From assembly GCA_038217285.1 (NCBI GenBank), contig JBBQPO010000135.1, positions 1-16,269 of the forward strand: a DNA stretch of 16,269 nucleotides, given 5' to 3'. Shown one piece after another: positions 1-7,498 of the stretch (position 1 is the first letter of the stretch; the number at the start of each line of letters is the position of its first letter). The translations under genes were made by a program, and so were the position numbers. This DNA is from Chthonomonadales bacterium. GTDB lineage: Bacteria; Armatimonadota; Chthonomonadetes; Chthonomonadales; Chthonomonadaceae. The notes under the pieces were generated by a model. The model saw only the letters and a list, made by a program, of their open reading frames with translations. It had not been told where the DNA came from and made no database searches.

Positions 1-129
1 CGCCCGCTCGCTTGTCCCAAGTGCGGGGAAATTCACCAGGCCGTTCGCCGGGGGCTAAAATCAAGAAGGCTCCACGCTATCGCACCGTTTTCAAGAGCGA
101 AAAGAACGACAAGAAGGACAGCCTGGTAG
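1..129 (+). CDS. Possible 3' end of an upstream gene with a CPKCG (half zinc-ribbon) motif; partial
   Basis: Frame 1 is open from base 1 to TAG at 127-129: RPLACPKCGEIHQAVRRG...TAW*. Short and without a start, so weakly supported. Confidence 0.25.
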   Translation, partial: RPLACPKCGEIHQAVRRGLKSRRLHAIAPFSRAKRTTRRTAW

Positions 130-153
130 TCTAAACATCAATACAAGGGTCAA

Positions 154-990
154 ATGATGATACGCAATATGAACGGCTTCGCGAAGTATTCTAAGCTCGG
201 AATGGGATTGACGGCATTTCTGGCAGTCGCTTGTGTGGCGGGACGAAACAGCGGCATAGCCGCCCCTGTCCTCGCCCCAGGAGCCCACAGCGCAGGCCAG
301 ATCGGGCGAGGGTATGGTCCCGCGCCCGTGGATCTTGGAGCCGCGGGCAACTTTGTGATCCTAACCTCGACCGGAATCACCAACGTTCCCACTTCCTCGA
401 TCACCGGTAACCTCGGAGTAAGTCCCATCGCTGCCGCCGCCATCACCGGGTTCGGACTGATCTATCCCGCAGGCAGTCCCTATTCGACAGCCTCTCAGGT
501 GACTGGCAAGATATACGCCGCCGACTATGCCTCTCCAACGCCCGCGAACCTGACATTGGCGGTGGGGGCCATGCAGACCGCTTACCTCGATGCCTCCGGA
601 CGCAAATCCCCTGACTATACGGAACTGGCCGTCGGCGACATTGGCGGATTAACTCTCCAACCCGGCCTCTACAAATGGTCATCCACGGTTACCATTCCCA
701 AGGATGTCACGCTCAACGGTGGCCCGAACGATGTCTGGATCTTCCAAATATCGGGAGATCTCACCGAGGCGTCCGCTGCGAAGGTTACTCTGACCGGCGG
801 CGCCCAGGCGAAAAACATCTTCTGGCAGGTCGCTGGGGTCGTGGCTTTAGGAACGACCGCGCACATGGAAGGAATCGTCCTGTCTAAAACAGCGGTCACG
901 CTGAATACCGGTGCCTCCGTAAACGGCAGGCTGCTGGCACAGACCAATGTCACTCTGATTATGAACACGGTGGTAGAACCCGCTCCGTAA
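154..990 (+). CDS. Secreted ice-binding-like protein (DUF3494 family)
   Basis: N-terminal signal-like segment followed by typical DUF3494 motifs: PVDLGAAGNFVIL, ITGNLGVSP, DIGGLTLQPGLYKW, VWIFQI, GGAQAKNIFWQVAG, GRLLAQTNVTL. Start could be 154, 157 or 169. Confidence 0.92.
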   Translation: MMIRNMNGFAKYSKLGMGLTAFLAVACVAGRNSGIAAPVLAPGAHSAGQIGRGYGPAPVDLGAAGNFVILTSTGITNVPTSSITGNLGVSPIAAAAITGFGLIYPAGSPYSTASQVTGKIYAADYASPTPANLTLAVGAMQTAYLDASGRKSPDYTELAVGDIGGLTLQPGLYKWSSTVTIPKDVTLNGGPNDVWIFQISGDLTEASAAKVTLTGGAQAKNIFWQVAGVVALGTTAHMEGIVLSKTAVTLNTGASVNGRLLAQTNVTLIMNTVVEPAP

Positions 991-1016
991 GCCCTACGGT
1001 TCAGGAGCTGAAGCAG

Positions 1017-1048
1017 CCAAAAAGACCGTCGAAAGACGGTCTTTTTGG
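1017..1048. terminator. Bidirectional intrinsic terminator
   Basis: Perfect 14-bp inverted repeat CCAAAAAGACCGTC-GAAA-GACGGTCTTTTTGG with A/T runs at both ends, between convergent genes. Confidence 0.9.
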
Positions 1049-1082
1049 TACGTTGATCGTTGGTGCCGTACGTAGTAATGCC

Positions 1083-1400
1083 TTAGGACTCGTTGTCCCT
1101 GTTCCCCTGTGTGGCCCGCAGCAGTTCCTCTGGAGACGTCTCCTGGCCCGGTTGGGCAGCGCGGAGGAGTTCGGCCTGCTGGTGGGAAGGCGGAAGGTCA
1201 GAGGCACGTACGAGGGTCTCGACTTCGGGAAGATCGCCTGTTTTGTGGCGTGTGACCGGGACCATCGGTTCGCTCCGTTGGAATCTCCTGAATAAGGGTA
1301 TGCAGCCAAAGAAGGCTCCCAGGCTCAGGACCAACGATACCCTCGTTATGTTGAAAAAGACCTCGCTTAAATCTCCTAAAAAGGGGATACCACTGAAAGC
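1083..1400 (-). pseudogene. 5'-truncated paralogue (C-terminal ~100 codons) of the membrane protein at 2203-2709
   Basis: 1091-1380 aligns without gaps to 2211-2500 (about 53 mismatches in 290 nt by hand count; first 40 nt identical). The reading frame is kept to TAA at 1083-1085. No plausible start or RBS lies before the DUF427 stop at 1450. Confidence 0.75.
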
Positions 1401-1415
1401 GCCCGGTTCCCTGCC

Positions 1416-1435
1416 CGCGAACGTTCGCGCCCTAC
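1416..1435 (-). repeat. Perfect 14-bp palindrome CGCGAACGTTCGCG preceded by GTAG on the - strand (REP-like)
   Basis: Palindrome at 1416-1429; the - strand reads GTAG-GG-CGCGAACGTTCGCG. It lies between the DUF427 stop and the truncated paralogue. Confidence 0.45.
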
Positions 1436-1449
1436 AGAGGGCTGCCGAA

Positions 1450-1944
1450 CTACCAGCCCCAGGTGCCTGCATCGCCTTTGAATGGCCCGACGATCTCCTC
1501 TGTAATCCAGCCACCGTAGAAATCGCCGGGCTGCGCCTGCACCTTCTCACCGTCCACCGTGCAGGTATCCATTTTGCCCGGATAGAAGGCGATATAGCCG
1601 CGAATCGGGGCGAAGTTCGGGGTGGGGTCGGCGTAAAACCAGGCGGCATTCGGCACAACACGGTCACCGACAGTGAGGGTATAGTATTCGGCATGGCCTT
1701 TCCATTCGCAGTAAGAACGGTCGGTCGTGAGGGTGAGATACTGTGCCTGCACGTCTTCTGCGGGAAGATAGTAGACAGGGGGATGGCTGGTCTCCAAAAC
1801 CCGCCACGCCCGCTGTGAATCAGCAATCACGACGCCGTTGAAAACAATCTGAATATGGCGGTGCGCCTCTTCGGCGCGGGGTGGGCGGGGATAGTCCCAC
1901 ACCGATTCCTGACCCGGCTGCGGTGGAATACGTTCTGCTCTCAT
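1450..1944 (-). CDS. DUF427 domain protein
   Basis: Motifs QESVWDYPRPP, RVLETSHPPVYYLP, SYCEWKGHAEYY, AAWFY, QPGDFYGGWIT...GPFKG...GTWGW. AAGGAG RBS 6 nt before the ATG at 1944. Confidence 0.93.
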   Translation of the reverse strand: MRAERIPPQPGQESVWDYPRPPRAEEAHRHIQIVFNGVVIADSQRAWRVLETSHPPVYYLPAEDVQAQYLTLTTDRSYCEWKGHAEYYTLTVGDRVVPNAAWFYADPTPNFAPIRGYIAFYPGKMDTCTVDGEKVQAQPGDFYGGWITEEIVGPFKGDAGTWGW

Positions 1945-2020
1945 CGGTTTCTCCTTGCGCGAACTCAAGGCACGATTGGTGCGCTATAGAAAGTATACGA
2001 ACCGGGGGCGTACCGCGTCC

Positions 2021-2206
2021 TCATGCCGACCTGTCCATCTCATCCCGCGTGACCTTCACCTTCCGGTATATCGTGCAGAGGTCGCCGTCTTCGTACTCTC
2101 CCAGGCGCGCCAACGTGACCAGCAGGCCGATCTCGACCACAACCCACAGGCCAGCGGGAACTTTGCCCAGGTCATCGAGCGGTCGGTACACGTCGCCCTC
2201 GATCAC
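2021..2206 (-). CDS. Small hypothetical protein (61 aa), phage-like
   Basis: GTG start overlaps the upstream stop (GTGA at 2203-2206); last of four coupled ORFs. Confidence 0.55.
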   Translation of the reverse strand: MIEGDVYRPLDDLGKVPAGLWVVVEIGLLVTLARLGEYEDGDLCTIYRKVKVTRDEMDRSA

Positions 2207-2709
2207 GACGCGTTGTCCCTGTTCCCCTGTGTGGCCCGCAGCAGTTCCTCCGCAGGCGTCTCCTGGCCCGTTTGGGCAGCGCGCAGGAGCTCGGCCTGCT
2301 GGTGTGATGGCGGGAGGTTGGAGGCGCGTACGAGGGTTTCGGCCTCGGGAAGATGCCCGGTGTTATGGCGGGTGATCGGGGCCACCGTTTCGATCTCTTG
2401 GGCGCTCGTGAAAAAGGATTTGCAACCACAAAAGGCCCCCAGGCTCAGGATCAACGATACCACAGCTATGAATATAAAGACCTTGCTGAAAGATCCTGAA
2501 GAAAAGCAACCATATAAGCTGAACAAGGAGATCAGAAAAAAAGAAACGCCCAGCAGACCAAAAAAGGCCCCAGCCACGTGGGTTACGCCTTTCTCTCCAA
2601 GGGTCTTTAAGTATTGCCCCTTGCTCACCAACCGTGTTGGCACAGGCGGTGTTCTGTCTCGATGGGCATTACTATGGATTACCAACCGCTTCCCTGGCTT
2701 CTCGCTCAT
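2203..2709 (-). CDS. Hypothetical protein with two predicted TM segments and a C-terminal triple LxRA repeat
   Basis: ATGA overlap with the upstream gene. Hydrophobic segments VAGAFFGLLGVSFFLISLFSLYGCF and VFIFIAVVSLILSLGAFCGC. Tail ETLVRAS/AELLRAA/EELLRAT. Frame is conserved in the paralogue at 1083-1400. Confidence 0.8.
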   Translation of the reverse strand: MSEKPGKRLVIHSNAHRDRTPPVPTRLVSKGQYLKTLGEKGVTHVAGAFFGLLGVSFFLISLFSLYGCFSSGSFSKVFIFIAVVSLILSLGAFCGCKSFFTSAQEIETVAPITRHNTGHLPEAETLVRASNLPPSHQQAELLRAAQTGQETPAEELLRATQGNRDNAS

Positions 2710-2948
2710 TCGTTCTCTCCCTGCAGCGATCCCACCAACTCCTGCACGAGCAACATTGACCCCTCATACCCTCCGGAGACCTGGACGTGCTCCCGCGCCA
2801 CATCGACCAACTCGGTGACAAAGACATACTCGGTCAAGCCGTAGTCGTCTGCGCCAGCGGTCGCCAGGATCGGCGCGGCGAGCTGCTCGTCAGAAAGAGT
2901 CTTGAGCCAGCGTTGCAAGTCTTTGTAAGTCTGAACCTTCGCCGCCAT
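2706..2948 (-). CDS. Small hypothetical protein (80 aa), phage-like
   Basis: TGATG overlap upstream and ATGA overlap downstream, GGAG upstream of the start. N-terminal TYKDLQRWLKTLSDEQL helix resembles many small phage proteins. Confidence 0.7.
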   Translation of the reverse strand: MAAKVQTYKDLQRWLKTLSDEQLAAPILATAGADDYGLTEYVFVTELVDVAREHVQVSGGYEGSMLLVQELVGSLQGENE

Positions 2949-3208
2949 CAGTCCCCAGTCTCCGAATCGCCGTCGTGCAAAGAGACCTTTAACCTCGCCA
3001 GGTCATAAGGATCGATCTCGACCGTCTCCGATCCCGCCTGTTCGATAAGAGCTGCCGCCATACAGAGATAGGTCGCGAGTGCCTTGACTTGATCGATGCG
3101 ACCCTGTTCGGCTGCGGCCACGATCTCGGCCCCGACTTGCCGCACCTCTGCTGCGAACTCGACCAAATCACTATCTGCTGGTTGCTCCTCGGTGGCATCG
3201 TCAGCCAT
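2948..3208 (-). CDS. Acidic helical hypothetical protein (86 aa, MADDATEEQ...)
   Basis: Purine-rich GGAAGGGG precedes the ATG at 3208. The longer 152-aa ORF extension runs into the divergent SRAP start and is unlikely. Confidence 0.65.
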   Translation of the reverse strand: MADDATEEQPADSDLVEFAAEVRQVGAEIVAAAEQGRIDQVKALATYLCMAAALIEQAGSETVEIDPYDLARLKVSLHDGDSETGD

Positions 3209-3404
3209 CAATCCCAATCCCCTTCCAGATTCGATTTCTTGCTCTCTGTGCACCCGAACTTGAGTCCGAACGTCTCCAGAGCGACAATTCTTTAGCAGTA
3301 GATACGGTATCGCCCGCCTATACTCCTCCGTCGCGTGATGTTCCGCTTTCTGGTTCGTATCCGGAGTGATCGAGGGAAGAAACCAGAAGCAAGGAGACAC
3401 GAAC

Positions 3405-3766
3405 ATGTGTGGACACTACACCATGCACCGCTCGCCCGCCGATGCACATCCGCCGCAAGGATGGGGAACTGTTCGCCTTCGCTGGACTGTGGGAAGAGTG
3501 GAAGCAACCGGATGGCACTCCCCTTCGGACCTTCACCATCATCAACGATCACGCCGAATAAACTAATGGAACCGATCCATAACAGAATGCCTGCGATCTT
3601 CCTGCAAGACGACGAAGCGACATGGCTCGATGCGGCACTGAAAAAGGCTCTGGACGTGATGGGCTTACTGCATCCCTATCCGGCAGACCTAATGGAAGCC
3701 TATTCCGTGGACCGGCGGGTAAATGTCCCGACCGTTGAAGACCCCGCGTTGCTGAACTCCCTATGA
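3405..3766 (+). pseudogene. SOS response-associated peptidase (SRAP; YedK/HMCES family) pseudogene
   Basis: AAGGAG RBS then MCGHY (catalytic Cys2). A frame switch at ~3439 gives PMHIRRKDGELFAFAGLWEEWKQPDGTPLRTFTII. A second frameshift at ~3544 gives TPNKLMEPIHNRMPAI...WL...YSVDRRVN. Much of the N-terminal half is missing. Confidence 0.9.
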
Positions 3767-3862
3767 TGTTGGGCTTACCCAAAGGGCACTTTTGGTCTGT
3801 GTCTGCTTGCCTGTGAAAGGAGCGCGGGAAGTGGCCCACCGGCTGACACTGGAGGCGGGACA

Positions 3863-4042
3863 ATGAACAAGAGGTTCAACGTTTGCGAGGTGGTCGGTGA
3901 CATCGAGTTGCCGGCCACCCTTATGACAGGCGCCGCGATCTGCAGCCGGTTCGGCCCAGCGGTATGGGAGAGTGTGCAGAATACCGCGCCATTCGGCCAA
4001 TCTGTTCCCGCGTTTATTTCTTCAGATCAGGCGAGGGTCTAA
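3863..4042 (+). CDS. Candidate small protein (59 aa), below the ORF-track cutoff
   Basis: GGAGG at 3851-3855, 7 nt before ATG; MNKRFNVCEVVGDIELPATL...SSDQARV*. A strong hairpin follows at 4072-4098. Confidence 0.35.
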   Translation: MNKRFNVCEVVGDIELPATLMTGAAICSRFGPAVWESVQNTAPFGQSVPAFISSDQARV

Positions 4043-4071
4043 CGATTAAGGGAGGGGATCTGACAAGTAAA

Positions 4072-4098
4072 CTCCCGCGTGGAAAGTCCACGCGGGAG
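4072..4098. terminator. GC-rich hairpin, possible terminator
   Basis: 12-bp stem CTCCCGCGTGGA-AAG-TCCACGCGGGAG. A T-rich tail (TTTACTT) exists only on the - strand. Confidence 0.55.
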
Positions 4099-4481
4099 GA
4101 ATGAATTCTCTCAATGCTAATGAATTAAGTGCATTGTATCCCCATAGTGTTACGGGAAGGTTACACAGAGGGAACTGGAACATTACAACTTATAATCGGG
4201 ACGCCTCCAACAGCCTGATCAGCAGTTCTCCGATGCACTCCCGCTGACTTCCTATTGATCGATGAGGATATTGTGGTATCGCCCCTGCGAAACGTTCTCT
4301 CCAGAGGCCAAGGTGGCAGACTCACGACACCGAACCGACTACACGCCGCGCGGAATCCCCTGCTGACCGTCGAGCAAGAGGGACAGGCCTGATGCCGCTA
4401 TGGGGCAGGCAGGAGAAGAGCACATCGAAATGGAACACCTCGAATGTATGCCTTGACACAAGGCGCTAAGGAGAAAAAGAG

Positions 4482-4766
4482 ATGATCATTCTGGCCGTTA
4501 CATTACCCATAAAGCCGGAGCGCCATGACGAGGCCGTTCAGATAGCGCTGGAGATGGAGGCTGAGACGCTCCAAGAGCCCGGTGTGGTCGCTTACACGTT
4601 TCATGCCCCTCTGGGCGATCCCAATACGTTCTTTGTGTACGAAGAGTGGGCCACGCAGGAGGGGTTGGACTATCACAACAACTCGCCGCACATGAAGGTG
4701 TTTCAGGGGCGTATCGGGGAGGTGCTCAACGGCAAGGTCGAAGTGAAGCGCTACGACGTCGGGTAG
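4482..4766 (+). CDS. Putative quinol monooxygenase (ABM domain)
   Basis: 94 aa with EPGVVAYTF, DPNTFFVYEEW, H...SPHM pattern; AAGGAG RBS. Confidence 0.9.
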   Translation: MIILAVTLPIKPERHDEAVQIALEMEAETLQEPGVVAYTFHAPLGDPNTFFVYEEWATQEGLDYHNNSPHMKVFQGRIGEVLNGKVEVKRYDVG

Positions 4767-4854
4767 GTCGCCTCAAATCACAGCCAGGTAGGGTGCAATC
4801 GTCGCCGGTGACTGCCGATGAATTGACATCCCTCCGTATCTTCGAAAGGCGATC

Positions 4855-5820
4855 ATGGCGAACTATACGATCCGACCGGAGCGCAGCACCCTGCACGGCT
4901 CCTTCTCCCGCGAATACCCCTCGATTCTGACCATTCAGTCCGGAGACAGCGTCGTCTACAGCACGCTCGACGCGGCCTGGAACCTGCCGCCCGAGGCGGA
5001 TCGGGCGGCGACCGACCCGCCCGTAAAGTTCACGCCACGGCACCCGGAGAATGACAAGGGCCACGCGCTCTGCGGCCCCATCGCGATTGCGGGCGCGGAG
5101 CCGGGGATGACACTGGAAGTCCGTATCGATGCGGTACGGCCCGCGCGGCGCGGATGGACGAGCGCTGGGGGCTGGCAGCACCCCGTGCATGTGCGCCTCG
5201 GCACGACCGAACACGAAACCATGCATGTCTGGACGCTCGACGCCGATGCCGGAACCGGACGCAATCAGCATGGGCACGAGGTGTCGCTGCACCCCTTCAT
5301 GGGCGTCATGGGCATGCCCCCGGACGAGCCGGGATACCACTCGACAGCCCCGCCCCGCGTCACCGGTGGCAATCTGGACTGCAAAGAGCTGACAGCAGGC
5401 ACATCGCTCTTCCTGCCGATCGCCGTATCCGGGGGACTCTTCTCGGTCGGCGATGGGCATGCGGCGCAGGGCGACGGCGAAGTCTGCGTGACCGCCATCG
5501 AATGTCCCATGGACCGCGTCGCGCTGACCTTCCGGCTGCATCCGGAATTGGCGCTCTCCTCCCCGCGCGCGCTCACTCCCACCGCCTGGATCACCTTCGG
5601 GGTGCATGAAGACCTTCAGGAGGCGACCTATCTCGCGCTCGACGCGATGCTCGGGCTGATAGGGGAGCAGTTCGGCGTGGAGCGGGGGGACGCTCTGGCT
5701 CTCGCCAGTGTGGTGGTCGATATGCGCGTCACGCAGATCGTGAACGGCGTGCGTGGCGTCCATGCTGTCCTGCCCCACGGGGCCATTCGCAAGGTGGACG
5801 GGGCTGCGGCAAGCGCATGA
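4855..5820 (+). CDS. Acetamidase/formamidase family protein
   Basis: GHALCGPIAIAGAEPGMTLEV, PFMGVMG, GGNLDCKEL, SVGDGHAAQGDGEVCVTAIEC, QIVNGVRGVH. Confidence 0.94.
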   Translation: MANYTIRPERSTLHGSFSREYPSILTIQSGDSVVYSTLDAAWNLPPEADRAATDPPVKFTPRHPENDKGHALCGPIAIAGAEPGMTLEVRIDAVRPARRGWTSAGGWQHPVHVRLGTTEHETMHVWTLDADAGTGRNQHGHEVSLHPFMGVMGMPPDEPGYHSTAPPRVTGGNLDCKELTAGTSLFLPIAVSGGLFSVGDGHAAQGDGEVCVTAIECPMDRVALTFRLHPELALSSPRALTPTAWITFGVHEDLQEATYLALDAMLGLIGEQFGVERGDALALASVVVDMRVTQIVNGVRGVHAVLPHGAIRKVDGAAASA

Positions 5821-6581
5821 GCGTCGCGCTGACCTGTACCTGGCGACCACATGGCGAACTGCCTCGCCTGCAAGCTCACCTGCCCCAGATCATGGCGCTC
5901 TATTCGCATATCGTGGTGGCGCTGATCGACTATGACCTCGCGACCCGGACCGCGCTGGAGGCGTGTCCCGAAATCCGCCTCGTTCTGCCGCCGGACGGCG
6001 CGCACAGCCGTGTCGCCGCCCTGCAGGCGGCCTGTGCGACCGAGGCCGAACATCTCCACTACTGCGACATGGACCGGCTGATACGCTGGATCGAAACCCG
6101 GCCCGCGGAGCTTCGCCGCACCGTCGCCGCCATTCCCTCTGCCGACTGCCTGATCCTGGGCCGTACCCCAGCCGCCTACGCCTCGCATCCGCAGGTCATG
6201 CTGGAAACCGAGCAGATCATCAATGAGGTCGCCTCCCATCTGCTCGATCTGCCGGTCGATATCTGCGCAGGCTCCAAAGGGCTGAGTCGTCGCCTGGTCC
6301 GCTTCCTCCTTACCCGGATACCGGCGGATGGCTGGGGCGATGTCTCCTGGGCGATGCTGGCACGACGGGCCGGTTTTACGCTCGCCTACGTTGCTGCCGA
6401 CGGCCTCGACTACGAAACCGCAGATCGTTACCAACCGCGCGCTGTGGACACCAACGCGCAGCGACTTCTGGCGGACGCTATTGATCGCGACCCGGAAGAG
6501 TGGGCGCGGCGTGTACGCGTGGCTCGGGAGATACTGACCGAAGGCCTGATCGCACACAATCAGCCGCTCGATATGTCATAA
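5817..6581 (+). CDS. Hypothetical protein, possibly a GT-A (GT2-like) glycosyltransferase fold
   Basis: ATGA overlap with the amidase. DxD-like HYCDMD after a beta-strand, ADCLILGR, and DICAGSKGLSR resembling the D...GFK..R motif of polyprenol-phosphate glycosyltransferases. The fold is inferred. Confidence 0.7.
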   Translation: MSVALTCTWRPHGELPRLQAHLPQIMALYSHIVVALIDYDLATRTALEACPEIRLVLPPDGAHSRVAALQAACATEAEHLHYCDMDRLIRWIETRPAELRRTVAAIPSADCLILGRTPAAYASHPQVMLETEQIINEVASHLLDLPVDICAGSKGLSRRLVRFLLTRIPADGWGDVSWAMLARRAGFTLAYVAADGLDYETADRYQPRAVDTNAQRLLADAIDRDPEEWARRVRVAREILTEGLIAHNQPLDMS

Positions 6582-6655
6582 TCACGTAAGACACCGGGCG
6601 GACTCGGCATTACCCACGCCGTCTTATTTTAGCTACAGAGGAGAACAGGGGTTCT

Positions 6656-7498
6656 ATGCCTGTTGCGCGCAGATCTCGCAATCCCGAGTCGGACGATGCC
6701 GCGGAGTTGGCCCGCGCCGTTCGCCGCCTCATTCAGCTCTTTATGGTCCTCGGCATCCTCCTGGTGATAGGCGTCGTCGGGGTGGTCATCTGGTTTCAGC
6801 GGGGACAGAGCGGGCAGAAGCTGATCCAAGCGGTAGAAGAAGATCAGCCTGCGGCGGTCGCGCGTCTGATCGACAGCGGGATCGACGTCAATACCACCAA
6901 TGAGGAGGGGGTCTCCCCCTTGATGCTTGCCTCCTATCACGGCTTCAAGCCTATCGTGGAGATGCTGCTCCAACGCGGGGCGAAAGTGGGCGCGAAGAAC
7001 AATCGGCAGGAGACCGCGCTCCGCCTGGCCGGATCGGCGCATGCCGACATCGTGAGACTGCTCCTGGAACACGGAGCGGACCCCAATGTAAAAGACTTCT
7101 ACGGCAAAACGCTGCTGGTCGCCGTGTGCGAGGCTGGGGCGGACCGCGATGCAGAGACCATTCGCCTGCTGCTCGAACACGGGGCGGACCCGAATATGCG
7201 CGGCGAGAACGGAACCCCTCTGCTCTATGCCATCAACATGGGGCCGCATGGAAATACCGAAATCGCCCGCCTTCTGCTGGACCACGGCGCAAATCCCGAC
7301 GCGCGGGACAAATCTGACTCCCCCGCCCTGGACTGCGCGGTCGACAAGCACAATGCCGAGATCGTCAAGGCTCTGATCGCCAAAAAAGTCTCTCTCAACA
7401 CCACCGACTCGCTGGGCCGCACCGCGCTGAAGGTGGCGGAGGAGAACCAGCTCACCGAAATCGCGACGCTCCTGAGAAACGCCGGAGGCAAGGAGTAG
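6656..7498 (+). CDS. Ankyrin-repeat protein with an N-terminal transmembrane anchor
   Basis: TM segment LIQLFMVLGILLVIGVVGVVIWF, then about 6-7 ankyrin repeats (GVSPLMLAS, IVRLLLEHGADPN, GTPLLYA, GRTALKVA). GAGGAG upstream. Confidence 0.93.
   Translation: MPVARRSRNPESDDAAELARAVRRLIQLFMVLGILLVIGVVGVVIWFQRGQSGQKLIQAVEEDQPAAVARLIDSGIDVNTTNEEGVSPLMLASYHGFKPIVEMLLQRGAKVGAKNNRQETALRLAGSAHADIVRLLLEHGADPNVKDFYGKTLLVAVCEAGADRDAETIRLLLEHGADPNMRGENGTPLLYAINMGPHGNTEIARLLLDHGANPDARDKSDSPALDCAVDKHNAEIVKALIAKKVSLNTTDSLGRTALKVAEENQLTEIATLLRNAGGKE

Noticed and set aside
1083-1826. 247-aa ORF as a real full-length gene
   Set aside because: Its first ~125 codons are an alternative frame of the well-supported DUF427 gene. 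Only the 3' part has homology support.
1091-2500. Diversity-generating retroelement TR/VR pair
   Set aside because: Mismatches between the two copies involve all four bases rather than adenines of one copy, and no reverse transcriptase is present in the window.
1093-2818. + strand ORFs 1093-1818 and 1955-2818, which resemble each other
   Set aside because: The similarity comes from the DNA duplication. RBSs, start-stop overlaps and family motifs all support the - strand.
3254-3877. LexA (GAAC-N4-GTTC) boxes around the SRAP gene
   Set aside because: Only imperfect matches were found (GAACttgaGTCC, GAACatgtGTGG, GAAC-N5-GTTC), and the organism's LexA motif is unknown.
4101-4247. 48-aa ORF immediately after the hairpin
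   Set aside because: GGAGGA abuts the ATG with no spacer, composition is AT-rich and non-coding-like, and there is no recognisable motif.
7020-7310. Recurring DNA motif CTGCTnGAnCACGGnGCnGAnCC as a nucleotide repeat element
   Set aside because: Fully explained by ankyrin repeats (LLLEHGADPN).
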